The notes beneath the pieces were generated by a model. That model was given only the letters and a program-made list of their open reading frames with translations, was not told the DNA's origin and searched no databases. Shown here piece after piece: positions 1-11,800 of a stretch of DNA of 64,000 bases. A program made the position numbers and the translations under genes. The stretch spans positions 186,001 through 250,000 of the forward strand of contig VRMN01000010.1 in the NCBI GenBank assembly GCA_008690995.1, in the 5' to 3' direction. Every line of letters starts with the position of its first letter. Position 1 is the first letter of the stretch. The stretch is from Porphyridium purpureum (lineage: Eukaryota).

Positions 1-2206
1 TCCCCCTCATCTGGATGTTGCGGCATCACTGAGGGTGGTGAACATGCATGCAATCTTGTTGGACGCCTCCGCCAAGCTATCCAATGCCACTGCTGCTGCC
101 TCTGCCGCGACCAAGAGGCTGAACAAGAAGGATGGTGATGGAGATGGTGTGGAGGACGAGCCTCATGCCAAGCGCACACGAATTGGCGGTTCGGGAAAGG
201 GTAAGGGTAAGGGTAAGAGTAAGGGAAGAGGACTCGGTACGGACCGGGGCGAGGACAGCGGCTCATTATTGGATACGCTCGACTGGTCTGAACGCGTTGC
301 GTTGTATGCCGGCGAGGACTGGCCACATCTATTCTCGACACTTGCGGTGATGCTGAGCAGTGGTAGCAATGCAAGCTTAACAGCACAAAACGAACGGGCA
401 CATTTTGTCTTGCTAAAAGTGATTGACGCTCAGCTGAAACGTCGAATGGAAGTGGATTGCAGCGACGGCCTTTGTGAGGATGGAATTGATCATATATTCA
501 AGCTTTCCACGGGTATTACAGTTCCTGTGTTTCACTTGGGAGAAGATCCGCAGATGCTTGACGGCGTGACAAGTGAAAATCATGAAAGCGGCCTGCATAC
601 TGCTTTCCAGGCTCTTATGGGTACTTTTAAGTTTTACCGTCGTCGGTGTGACCCGACATCGTCTCGTCTGGAAGCGCGTTGCGGTGTGCTTGCGCTCGAA
701 TGCACCAAGAAGCTGTTTCGAGTTGCGCTTGAAAGTGACACCGCGAATGGCGCGGGTCCGGTGCGGGATGAAAACGGACCAGGGGATCAATATGGAGCGC
801 ATGCTGGGCAGTACATCGAGAAGGAACTGCGCAGACTTGATTATGTATGCGCAGCATTCCTGCCGCCCCCGATGCGGCTTCAAGCCGGGCGCGCGCAAGA
901 CCGTACCGTGAGTCAGGGTGCAGTTCAAAGCCAAAGCCTGAAAGACAACCAGCGCTTGCGCATGAATGCCGGCAACGAGGATGCCCAGATTGCTTGCGGC
1001 GGCGGTGGAGGACAGGTGGCAGTTCGTTGCATCGAAGCACTAGAGGAGCTCGTTTCGAATCTTCTTGGTGAATCACAGTGGCGCCATGCAATAGTTGTTC
1101 TCCACATGATCGCTACACTTTCCGCCCGCGCATCCATGCTCCTGCGCGGCGCGCCCAGTGCCGCCAGATGTGTTGAGCATGCGATTTTCGAATCGGAGCG
1201 GCTCGTGTGGGTGAAAAATCATTTTGGTAGTACTGTGCCGTCTTCGACTTCGTCCGGCTCGGATGCAGCCGCAGCCACGAGCATTGGATGTGCATTGGCC
1301 GAACTAATGATCAACACTTCGGCAGACAAGCACAAAAACTTGGTGGTGCTTCACGAGCTTGCTCGTGCACTCGAATACAATTTTGGCAGTAACAACCCCG
1401 ACGCGCCACCGCGCGCCGCGCCAAACATGTTGGCCTCAAGTGGTGTTCTGAGCGGTGGCCCGCACGGTCGTGAAAACTGTCACGCTATTCTTCAAAGTGT
1501 CATGTGTGCAGCAAGTTCGGCCGCACAGCAGTTGGGAAATGCAGCGGACGCGAGCCAGCGGCGCGTGCTGCGGAGTCTAAGCTCGAGCACATACATGGGG
1601 AGCGCAGACGATTGTGTACTCACCGAGCTGCGCCGCTGCCATGATATGGAGGCAGAGATGTACGTGAGGATGGAGCTTGTAGTGGGTGTGATGGTCGCAG
1701 CGCTTCGTTCACTCATTACACGCGTCGCGCAGATTGAAGTCGTCCTTCGTACCACAATCGTTGTGTATAAGGTTCTGCTCAAGTTTGCCACACATGCCGA
1801 CCAGCGTCTCAAGCGCAGCGGTGGCGGCAGTGCCGCGAAGAAAGGTAGCGCATTTGCATTCGAATTTCAAGCCGCTTTCGGGACGCTGATTGAAAAAGTG
1901 GTTTCCGAGCTGACGCCAGCAACGTACGCGTTCATGTCATTTGCCACCTCAGATGCTGTCCCCGCAGGCAAGAAGTCCTTCATTCGAAAGGAGTCACGTA
2001 TTTTCCCCGAGCTTGTTTGCGTCCTAGAGAAGTTGGACGTGACACTGTTGCGCACTCTTGGATCCGGCAAGATTCCGTCCCTTCGCTCGCACCTTTCAGG
2101 TATGAAGCGCTCGACCATCCGTGACTTTCGCATTGATGCGCATGCGCTGGGCCGCGCGTTGCAAGACGATGACGAGGATGAACTGGAAGATGTCGGCGAT
2201 GAATAG
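1..2206 (+). CDS. FANCI: Fanconi anemia group I protein homolog, C-terminal part (frame open to the left window edge)
   Basis: C-terminal 'KESRIFPELVCVLEKLDVTLL...MKRSTIRDFRID' resembles the FANCI S4 terminus (IP.LI..IE....L....K.ST.RDF.I). No stop codon in this frame from position 2 to 35, so the gene probably starts upstream. Confidence 0.75.
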   Translation, partial: PPHLDVAASLRVVNMHAILLDASAKLSNATAAASAATKRLNKKDGDGDGVEDEPHAKRTRIGGSGKGKGKGKSKGRGLGTDRGEDSGSLLDTLDWSERVALYAGEDWPHLFSTLAVMLSSGSNASLTAQNERAHFVLLKVIDAQLKRRMEVDCSDGLCEDGIDHIFKLSTGITVPVFHLGEDPQMLDGVTSENHESGLHTAFQALMGTFKFYRRRCDPTSSRLEARCGVLALECTKKLFRVALESDTANGAGPVRDENGPGDQYGAHAGQYIEKELRRLDYVCAAFLPPPMRLQAGRAQDRTVSQGAVQSQSLKDNQRLRMNAGNEDAQIACGGGGGQVAVRCIEALEELVSNLLGESQWRHAIVVLHMIATLSARASMLLRGAPSAARCVEHAIFESERLVWVKNHFGSTVPSSTSSGSDAAAATSIGCALAELMINTSADKHKNLVVLHELARALEYNFGSNNPDAPPRAAPNMLASSGVLSGGPHGRENCHAILQSVMCAASSAAQQLGNAADASQRRVLRSLSSSTYMGSADDCVLTELRRCHDMEAEMYVRMELVVGVMVAALRSLITRVAQIEVVLRTTIVVYKVLLKFATHADQRLKRSGGGSAAKKGSAFAFEFQAAFGTLIEKVVSELTPATYAFMSFATSDAVPAGKKSFIRKESRIFPELVCVLEKLDVTLLRTLGSGKIPSLRSHLSGMKRSTIRDFRIDAHALGRALQDDDEDELEDVGDE

Positions 2207-2463
2207 TCATGACAAGCAAGCCATATCCCGGCATGGTTATATTTTGCATGGCAGCAAGTCGGGCGACGAGTCAGTTGATGAGACACAGGCGGGGACGCCA
2301 CATTGTACTTGTGTCACCGTTGTCCCGAACTCCGGATCTTGGATGAAAGGGTCACGGGGAGCTGGAATTAGGAGCAATGGATTTGGACCACATTTCTCTC
2401 AGCAAAGGTATCGTGGTTTCGTTTATTCTGATATTTATTACGAAGATAAAACCGAGAGCTTCG

Positions 2464-2967
2464 TCACTGCTGTTGCTGACGCTTTCTGCGACAACAACAA
2501 ATGCACGCCACCACGCTCCCTACGATCGCACCGACTACCGCAAGGATGAACAAAATCATAACCCAATTGACCGATACTGGTGCGGGTGGCTCAGAGAATT
2601 CCTGACCACCTGTAGCCTCGAGATTCTCGTCGCAGTAAACCTTGTCTGGACCAGAGCTGCCGCCAGAGGTTGTCCAGTTCTCCTTGCATATGCAGATATA
2701 ATTGATTTGGTCAAACTCTTTGGTGCCTTCCGGGTGGCACGTCGGTACCTCTTGTTGTGTTTCCTGCTGTGCTGGTTGCGCTTGTTCGCCGCGTACCAGC
2801 TCCTTGGCTCCGTGCTCAATGCGAAACGGTGCAGCGGCGCACAAGCGCATCCCACTGGCGCGCCATGGCGCGTTCTGGTGCTCTAGTATGAAAAACAGCA
2901 GCACCACTAGAAGAGCGGGAGAGAAGCACCTGCGGAAAACGTACAAACGTCGTGCCATGCTCATCAT
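2464..2967 (-). CDS. Small membrane protein with N-terminal hydrophobic segment, EGF-like Cys motif, C-terminal TM helix and Cys-rich basic tail
   Basis: ATG at 2967/2958. Contains 'PALLVVLLFFIL', 'CHPEGT...YICICKENWT...YCDE', TM 'WVMILFILAVVGAIVGSVVA' and tail 'CICCCRRKR'. Confidence 0.65.
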   Translation of the reverse strand: MMSMARRLYVFRRCFSPALLVVLLFFILEHQNAPWRASGMRLCAAAPFRIEHGAKELVRGEQAQPAQQETQQEVPTCHPEGTKEFDQINYICICKENWTTSGGSSGPDKVYCDENLEATGGQEFSEPPAPVSVNWVMILFILAVVGAIVGSVVACICCCRRKRQQQQ

Positions 2968-3710
2968 GACTAGAACAACAGCAACTGCACCCAAAAGACA
3001 GACACGGCAACAGCCCTTTGTTCCCTCTATCTCAGTGATATGCCGCTTTTTGTAGCGGCGTCTTGACAACCAACGGTGCGTAATTGGCGCCTGCGTCGAA
3101 GCGATCGCTCGGCTCGGTCGAGAGCACGTTTCCTGGTCAAGCCCGTTGTCCCTTTCTGCTCCCACACGCGGGAAGCAAGAGAACGACCGTGGATTCAAGA
3201 CCATTTATAGGTTGCACACGTGCACTTGCACCAAACCTCGCTGTCGGAAAGCACGTGCATCACCATTTCGCGAACGCTTCCAGCAACACCCAAAAACGGA
3301 CCTTGCACAAGTGCTGGCGCCCGCGATTCTTCGCACATATGCCTTCCTGCACTTCCATCATCCAAGTCGGAGATGGGCTATACGCTCCCAGCAGCTTGCT
3401 TGTTGAGGGGCAGCGTCGGCGAGCAGGTACACGGCCCGTTCGATTTCAGCCCAGGGCGTGTCTCTCAAAGTCCTTGTGCGTGTGCCCTTTCGTTCTCAAC
3501 CCAGCTTCCAATTCGCTCAGCCGACTTTTACGGTAAAATGATATGATTTGTCTAGGAAAGGTGTCGACCACGTTGACCGGCACATGAACGAGGCGGGTTT
3601 CGGATAGATGGACCTCGCATGTGCAACATTGAGGCTTTGGCATCACGTTTCTTTCCTGTGCGCACGCAGACCAGCAAAGACGCGCGTTGCGGGAAAGAAA
3701 AAGAAAAACA

Positions 3711-4793
3711 TTACTTGGATTCGCGCATCATGACGGCGATATGCAGACGGTGCCTCCACACCTCGTGGAAGCCAATCGAGTCGAGGTACTCTGGCACGCT
3801 GCCGTACTCGGTGCGCATCCAGTCGTGGATGCCTCTAATAGTGGCTTCAGGTGCACCATAGTACTCCTCCAGTAGCGGGTAGCGCATCATGATGTCCTTA
3901 TTGATCCACAACTCTTCGGCTATACCAAGTACGACGCGATGGGACGGTCCGCAGCCAAAGGCGTGCGAGACCGCGTAGTCTTGGATGACATGCTCCGTGT
4001 CGACGTGCAACGCTGTGAGCAGCAAGGCCGCAATCAAGCCCGTGCGGTCTTTGCCGCTCTGGCAGTGAAACATGAGGCTCTCCTTGCCATTGCGCTCGAG
4101 ATGCATCGTGATGTACTTGAGGACCGCGCACATGCGATCTCCGCCGTAGCTAAGGAATACTTTGTACAGACCCGCGAGTCCGCCCATGCTCCGCATGAAT
4201 TGGTTGACCAATTCAAAATGGCACCACGAGCGCACTGCGCATACTTTCGCCTTTAGCGCGCTGGGCGGCTGGTCACGCTTATCCGCCTGGATTTCCCATT
4301 TGGTTCTGTTGTACTCAATGATGAGCGAGGTGAGCTTTTTGATGAGGAACAGCGGCAGCAGCACTAGAAAGGTGTGCGGAAAGTTCATCAGAAAGTGAGT
4401 CAAGAAGCCCCTGATCGTGTTCGCCGACACGATTTTCAGCAGCACGCGGCGACATGTGCCTGTCTTTGGCAGGAACCAGTGCTTGCCGTCATCTGGGATG
4501 GGTTTGATGGTGCCCGCCGGATCATACTCTATGAGCTGCTTCATCATCGCATCATCCGGCTTGCACGGCGTGTACACGTCATCCAGCGAGTTCTCCGCCG
4601 ACGGCACCATCTTACTGCGGAGGTCCACGATGCAGGTCACGTGCATCTCGTCTCTGAGTCTTCGCACGTCTGCCGGCGTCATCAGGTCGGAAGCTGCCGA
4701 GCGCAGCAGCACACCAGACGGCACATCTGCGTCATCCTTCCCTGCCTTTCCACCCAGATCACGCACGTTAAACAGGCTCTCGAACCCACTCAT
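3711..4793 (-). CDS. Protein tyrosine/serine phosphatase (Y_phosphatase3 / IphP-like)
   Basis: N-terminal 'NVRDLGG...LLRSA...IVDLRS', P-loop 'FHCQSGKDRTG', 'VIQDYAVS' and C-terminal 'YGSVPEYLDSIG'. Confidence 0.9.
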   Translation of the reverse strand: MSGFESLFNVRDLGGKAGKDDADVPSGVLLRSAASDLMTPADVRRLRDEMHVTCIVDLRSKMVPSAENSLDDVYTPCKPDDAMMKQLIEYDPAGTIKPIPDDGKHWFLPKTGTCRRVLLKIVSANTIRGFLTHFLMNFPHTFLVLLPLFLIKKLTSLIIEYNRTKWEIQADKRDQPPSALKAKVCAVRSWCHFELVNQFMRSMGGLAGLYKVFLSYGGDRMCAVLKYITMHLERNGKESLMFHCQSGKDRTGLIAALLLTALHVDTEHVIQDYAVSHAFGCGPSHRVVLGIAEELWINKDIMMRYPLLEEYYGAPEATIRGIHDWMRTEYGSVPEYLDSIGFHEVWRHRLHIAVMMRESK

Positions 4794-5821
4794 GTCTTCC
4801 TCCCCTTGCGCCCGATGCCCACGCGCCGCTCAACTGACAGCGTCAAACACCTCTTCACCGTCAACGGTTAATCCGGTTTCGATCTCATCGCTTACCTTAA
4901 CCGTTAAACCGCTCAGTTTCAGGCTATGATGCTGGTGTCATTTCGGTTCAAACTTTCGGTTTATCGGCGCGAATGCAAAATGAATCGGGGCGTGTTGGGG
5001 ACACGAGCGGGAGAGAAGGGCGGGCAAAGTGTGAAAGGGTCTGGCCGATCGTGGGGAAGGAGGGAGACAGGATTGGCCGGTGCGCACGGTGTGGTGGATG
5101 AATCGCATCTTTCTTGTATGCGCGTGCGTGCTGAGCTGCGTGAGCAGCGCGGCGCTGGTGGTGGCCTCTGGCGAGGCGCCGCGCGGCACGCCGCCGGCCG
5201 CCGCGGCGCTCGCCGGCGTCGCGCTGCTGCGCTGCTCGCGTCCACGCTCAGCGTGCGCCTCGTCGAGCTCAGCTCGGCGTCCTCCACCGCGCACGACCCG
5301 AACCGCGTCTCGTCAGAGTACCGCCGCGCGTTCGCCATCCTCAACCACCGCGGCGCCACCCTCTACTCCCACCCACCCCCAGCCTCGCCACCCGCAACTT
5401 CTTTAACATTATAAAAAATCATTAAAAAAGGAGTTCTTTCATGTTAAAATGCGACGTGCCTTTAAACCGAATGAGCCGAGCCGATAAAGCGGAAACAGAA
5501 ACCGATGAACCGCTGGCAAACGAAACATAGCAAAAAATCACGAGTTGATCATAAAAAGCGCGGCTGTTGGGAATTCTGAAGGGAAAGGCGAAAGAGAAGG
5601 AGAAAGCGGGAGAAGGAGAAGAGGGGAGAGAGAGAGAGAGGGAGAATAAGAGGGGAGTAAGGGGGAGTAGAGGGGGAAGAGGAAACGGGGAAACGGGGAA
5701 GGGGAAACGGGGAGGGGGGAAGGGGTTCATGCATGCATGGTAGAGTGCTAGGGTGGATGCTGTCGGTTTAGGAGTGAGGGGTGGAGACGGTGGGGAGCGG
5801 GGGTGAGTTCCCGGCAGTAGC

Positions 5822-8800
5822 ATGGAGCGTCGCGCGCCGCCGCCAGGCGCTGCGCCCAGTCGCGCTGGAGGGCTGCGACGTGTGGGTCAGCGTGCTGCGG
5901 GCGGGCATGGCGTCGTGCGCGAAGGAGAGGGCGTGGATGTGGGGCGGAGTCTGTCGGGCGTGTTGCACGCGCGGAAAGATGACCTCGTGGCGCTCGTGGA
6001 CGCGCTGGATGACGTGGACGCGCTGTGCGCGGTGGTCGACTGGGACGCCGCGTCTCCCGCGCAGCGCGCAGCGGAAGTGCACGTGGACGCGCTTCTGGAA
6101 AACTGCGATTACGCCGCGCTGGCTCAGTGCATTCTGGATCGAAAGGGAGGCAGTGAGCGTATCGCGTCGATGCTGTCTGCGTGCATCGGCCTGCGCGTGC
6201 GCGGCGAAGGCACCGCGCGGCTACGCGCTGCGTGTGGCGAAGACGGCGCTCGCAGTGGGGTGTGCGGACTGGTGTGGAAGAAAGATGAGCTGGCGTACAA
6301 GTGCAAGACGTGCGAGCGCGACCCGACTTGCGCCATTTGCGTTTCGTGCTTTCGCCATGGTGACCACGCAGGTCATGACTTTGCGATGATTCGAACGGGC
6401 GGCGGGTGCTGCGATTGTGGTGACGGACAGGCGTGGAGGAAGTCTGGATTTTGCTCGCGTCATAGAGGAGCGTCGTCTGAGCAAGACGACCCTGCGGTAC
6501 ATATTCCACCGGCTGTACAGCAACGCATTGGCGTCGTTTCTCGCGTCGTGATCGAGCGTATTGCGCTTCTACTCGCTGGAGCGCGAGAGAAGGGCAAGCA
6601 AAGAAGAATACGAGCAGATCTGTCGGACGCGAGTCAGCTGAGCGCTTCGACTGTGCAAGTTTCCATAAGCCTGCTCAAGTGGATGCAGCAGCTGGTCGGC
6701 GTGGGCGACGGCGTGTGCAGGCTCGTCGGGCTTCAATTCGTGCTGCAATGGCGTGAGCTGATGCGTGCGCTTAAATTTGCTCCAAATGCTCCTCCACCAG
6801 AAAACCACGTTCCGTGCGTGCTGTGGCGTCTGCTTCAGCTCGACGGCTTCGCACGCCTGCCTTTGCCCGTGTCGCGCGAGCTGCATGCACTATACTACTC
6901 GCTCATCACGGACTTGGTCTTCAAGCGCGCCTTCCTGCACATGTTTGTGGCCAACTATGAGCGATACATCTACTGCCTGCTCCAGCGCCGCACATCTACA
7001 AGTTCTGCGACCAATGGAAGTACCGGCAGAGATAATACTACGACGCACGCAGCGCGCACAACTCGTCAAGCGCAAGCAGAAGAAAGGGATGATAACCAAG
7101 ACGCTCGTGCTGTTGCGACTGACAACGAACAGACTGACGGGGAAGATTCTGAAATGGGTGCGCGAGAGGACGATGTGGGCTTTGAGATCCAAACGTCGGC
7201 GGAGCCAAGAAGAGTCGAAACAGAAGTATCGCAGTCGGACGATCGTGTCACTAGCGTGGGAGAGGTAGCGCAGCTTGACCTTGCTCCACGCGGGTCTAGC
7301 AGTGGTGCGAACGCGGAAGAAGAAACGAGGATGGAGTTTGCCACAGCTCCGGCCGCAAGCGCAGGTAGGGGCACAGACGGCGACCTGAGTGCAGGGCTTG
7401 ACGTGCATCAGCGTCATCCGCTTCATGAAAGAGAGACAGATGTGGAACAAGTCGCTGATGGTACGGGTCTCAATTCTTTGTCAGGACGGAGAGTCGTAGA
7501 CCGATCGGCGTCGCCGGACGCGCAGACGCTGCCGGTGCCATCTCGGACACTTGGCTCCTCTCTAAGGCGCGGTGCTCCTGATCGCGGGGGGATGGGTAGC
7601 GACGGGATTGCACATCGCTCGCTTGAATTAGAGTCTGATGTCGAGTCGGACGACGGCGGCAGCAATGAAGACATGGACGAAGATGAGGGCGAAGAACAGA
7701 ACTCGCGAGACGGTGATCGGGAGGTGCATGACACCGATGACGGCGATGAACTGGACGTTGTGCACGCAATAATGCTGATGGACGAGATGGACGAACTGAA
7801 CGCAGCACAGAATGGCGCATTTGTACAGCCACGGGTTGTAGACATGGACTTTGGCATGGGCCTGATCGCGCCTGACGAGGATGATGATACGGGCATGGTC
7901 ATGGCCGCGGATACTGATGGTGACGACAACAATGGTGACGACGGAGACTCGGCCTCACGAGCGGGTGACTTGGTGGACATCTTCACGGTGCAACTGTTCA
8001 CCGTACCAGCGCTCGTGCCTGTTATGATTGAGCGTAATGGGCTAACAGATGTGCTTCTTGACGTCCTGTACGTGCTTTTGTGGCGCGTATCCTCACCTAT
8101 TCATCAGGCGGGCACGCCGGCTGCGGCCACTGGCGCAACGAGAGGAACTGAAGCGGCGGTGCCGAGGTCCGCCGCAGTGTCCGTATCGTCGCCAACGGGC
8201 GCGAACGCGCAAGAAGGGCCGCGTAAAAAGCTGTGCAGCTTCCAGAAAGACTACAACTTTTCGTTTCAAAACCGCGAACAGCAGTCATACGACCTACAAA
8301 CGCTGTCTGAAAAAGAGCAGGCGTGGTTTAGGCACCAGCATCCGTTGCTGTACGAAGCGCAAATGCAAGGCGCCAACGTACCCCCAACCCCAGATGGAGC
8401 TGAGCTGGCTGCTCAATCTCTGCGCGTTGTGGACCTGGGCAAACAGGAAGTCAGCAAGCAGGAGGTAATTGACTCGGTGTGCTGGCGCGTCATTTATGAT
8501 TTGCGCTACGTGCTGACGCACGTCGAAGCGGCCGCGCACGTGATGCACGCACGGCGGCACGTGTTGCTGCGCAAGTTTGTTCGTGTTTTGCGCCTTCTGC
8601 AGGGTATGAATGCGGTACGTCGCGAGATGGTTACGCACGTGGAACAAGAGACCGATCATTGGGCGCTCGCTTTCACATTGGAGCTCGAGATGCACCAGCT
8701 CGTTGACCTGCTCATGGCTGGGTTTTTGCACCCGCACGCTGACAAATCCGCATCCCTAGCAGCGATTGGTATCGTGCGTGCAGAGCTTGACAGCTGGCTA

Positions 8801-11800
8801 CGCGCAGATGCCGCACGAGAAAGGGCACAATTTGCTGTCTGGCTGCTTCGTGAATTTAAAGTCTCGTGCGATCCCGTGTCGCTGCACTTGCCTCTGCATC
8901 GCTTTTTGGCTCTTTTAGCCTCGGAGCTACTGCACGTGCACCGCGTACCGCTGCGTCAGGCACTAGGATTTGTGGACGAGGGCCGTGGCAGGCATGACTG
9001 GATGGTCAGTGCACTAATGCTGTGCGACCACGTCATCCGGGTTCAAGTATTTATGGCGCAAGTACACGCAGGCATGTGGCGTCGCAATGGTCGACCGGTG
9101 GTAGGGCAGGCCATCTTGTATCGTTCGGTTTTCTGTGTGGAGTGGCTCGTTGACCTTGACATATTTCTCATCCAGGCATGCGCGCAGCTCGTTTCGCACG
9201 CCGAGTTTGAGGCCTTTGTCGTCAAACGCTTCGGCTTGACAGACATGATTCGCAATATGCGAGCGCTTGTTCGCAGCGAAAGGCGTGGTGCTAACGTCCA
9301 TGATCTTTATGGTGAAGGCGACGCGTTAATGACAGAGAGCGCCGAATCGGCGCATGCGTTGGCGAGCCGATCTTTGCTTGTCGATGCGAGTGAGCGCAAC
9401 CACAGCGATGAATCTCACGTCGGGCCAGCGGAAGGGCATGCATCGGAAACGCAGGGCCCCAATTTAGGCGTGGCTTGTATCGCTAGAAACGAATATGAAC
9501 CGGTGCTCCTGGAGGACTTGCTTTTACTTTTCATATACATTGCTTGCGAGCGCAGTCGCAGCGGGATGACCAGTGAGCAGAATCTGCGGTACAAGTTTTT
9601 GCAAAAACTAGCGATAGCAGATCAGACTCACTCCCAATTGGTGCGGGTTGTACCGCGCCGCTTTGCCAGTGCCTCCCACGTGCAGCAACAACGAAGACAC
9701 TCTGTGCTGCACGGATCGGCGTCAAGTCAAAGCGGCGAGATTGCGCTTGAGTTGGAGCTCGAGCGTGCCGACTCTGTGAATAGTGCAAGTGCCAATTTCG
9801 GGAGTCGTCGTCAATCCCAATCCACTGTGTTTTCGAACTCGTCACGTGCGAACAGCCAAAGTCTCGCGCAGGACGACGTGGACACGAATGGTGTCGTTGA
9901 GCGCTTACTGGACGAGTTGGCATCGTTTTCGCATCCGCGCGAAATGGAGCAGGGATGCTACGTGCTCAAAGACTCGAGCTGGGACGATTTCGACCCCTTC
10001 GCATCGCAGTATTCACATCGAGAACGCGCCGCTGCGGAAGAACGCTTTCTCGCGTTTCGAAAGCGCCATCAAAACAAGGATGAGAGCAGCTCCGGTGCCA
10101 GGAATGCCAACCGTGTGGCTATGGTTCCCTCCCGCAACTTTGCCATGCGGCCGTGCTACCCAGAGCTGCAAGGGCTGCAACTTTTACCGTCCGCTCTGTG
10201 CATGACGTCGGCACCTCCGTTGACGAACCATTCTGGAACCACTGCCGCTCGCAACTTGGGCCTGGTTCCGGCCATTCTGGCGGCTTGCGTGAAAATTGCA
10301 GAGTCTTCGACCGCAGGGCGTATTGGGCAGAACACAGAATCGTCACCGTTTGGACAGCACGCTGACGCCGCACACGGTGCGGGTGCTGGAACGGATGCCG
10401 ACGCGCACCTGCCGCCACCGCATGTTGTGCATCAGACGCATCCCGCGGATGATTCCGACGAGGCAATTGTCGAAAGGATTCGTCACCGAAGGTCTCGGCC
10501 CACGCCTGCAGTCGTTCTCGGAGCGGCCACGCTAGACTTTGATACCGCAATGCATCTTTCTCTATGCTTACTGAGCATGAGCCTCGAATGTGAGAACAGC
10601 TTACTCGAGGAAGGCCGAACGAATGTGGATGACATTGAACGGCGCTTGCGTAGAATACTGCTTCACGAGCAGAACGACGGTTGGCATGTCCTGGAATTGA
10701 TTGAGCGGCTGCATCGAATGGACTCATTGCGCCATGACGAGGAAGTAGGTGCTTACTTGAATCGCATTCTAGACACGCTGAACGCGCTGCAAGAGCATGA
10801 CTTAATGTCTGATTTGAGAGAGGCGCTTGCGCACGTGCCTGCGTACGGTGCATTGTGTGCGGCTCGTCAACGTTCGGCGCAGGAGGAGCAGCAGCACGCT
10901 GGGCAACTTCGCGAGCAGGCACGCCGCCTCGAGGCGCAAAAACGAAAAGAGCAAGCCATGGCCCGCATTAAGGCACAGCAAGACGCGTTTGTACGTAAGA
11001 TCAAGATGGATGAGGACAACGAGTTTGGCCTTGATAATACCAACGGGACCGAGGAGGAAGAGGACGATGACGAAGACGGTGATCCCATCGTTGATTCTGA
11101 CTTGGTTTGTGCGCTCTGTCGAGATGGGCCTAGAAGTGGAACGGGCTCATCTGGAAGCGCTTCCAATTCTGCAGCCGCAGTGAAGGGAAGTGCTTGTGAG
11201 AGCGACACTTCTCAAGATATCGGATACATTGGCTTTGCCCAACGTTCGAATCTCGGCGTGCTGGCGCGGAGAAGCACGAAGCAACGGAGTGCCTTCGTTC
11301 AGCCTTTTGGTGGTGATGACGGGGCGTCATACGTTTATCCTGGGTCGGAGCATAGCCCTTCTGGTGTGAGTACGGTAGGTTTGGATGCAGCTGCAGAAAC
11401 TCCGTCGGCTTCGTTTGGATCGTTGGGGGACTTTCGCGGCCTATCACGGCTTGCGCTCGGAGGGATGCAAAGCGAAGAGGAAGTGCTTACGAGTGGGTCT
11501 GTGAGAACGCCTATTCAGGGACAAGGTTCCTCAGAGGCTGATCCAGAAGGGGAAGTGTCACACGAATCACTCAAATATTGCTTGACAAATGGGTTAGATG
11601 ACGCGGCTGGTATTTACATAGGCTTTTGCGGTCATTGCATGCATCGTTCGTGCTTTGAATCTTACTTTTCAAGCTTGCTCATGTCCCAGCTTCGCCGCAT
11701 TCCTATTCCAGGAGACGACATGCTCGCCGCACAGCTGTTACTGACAGGTGTTGGTGCGGATGGAGATGGTATTGCACGTTGGCACCGCGGCGAATTTTTG

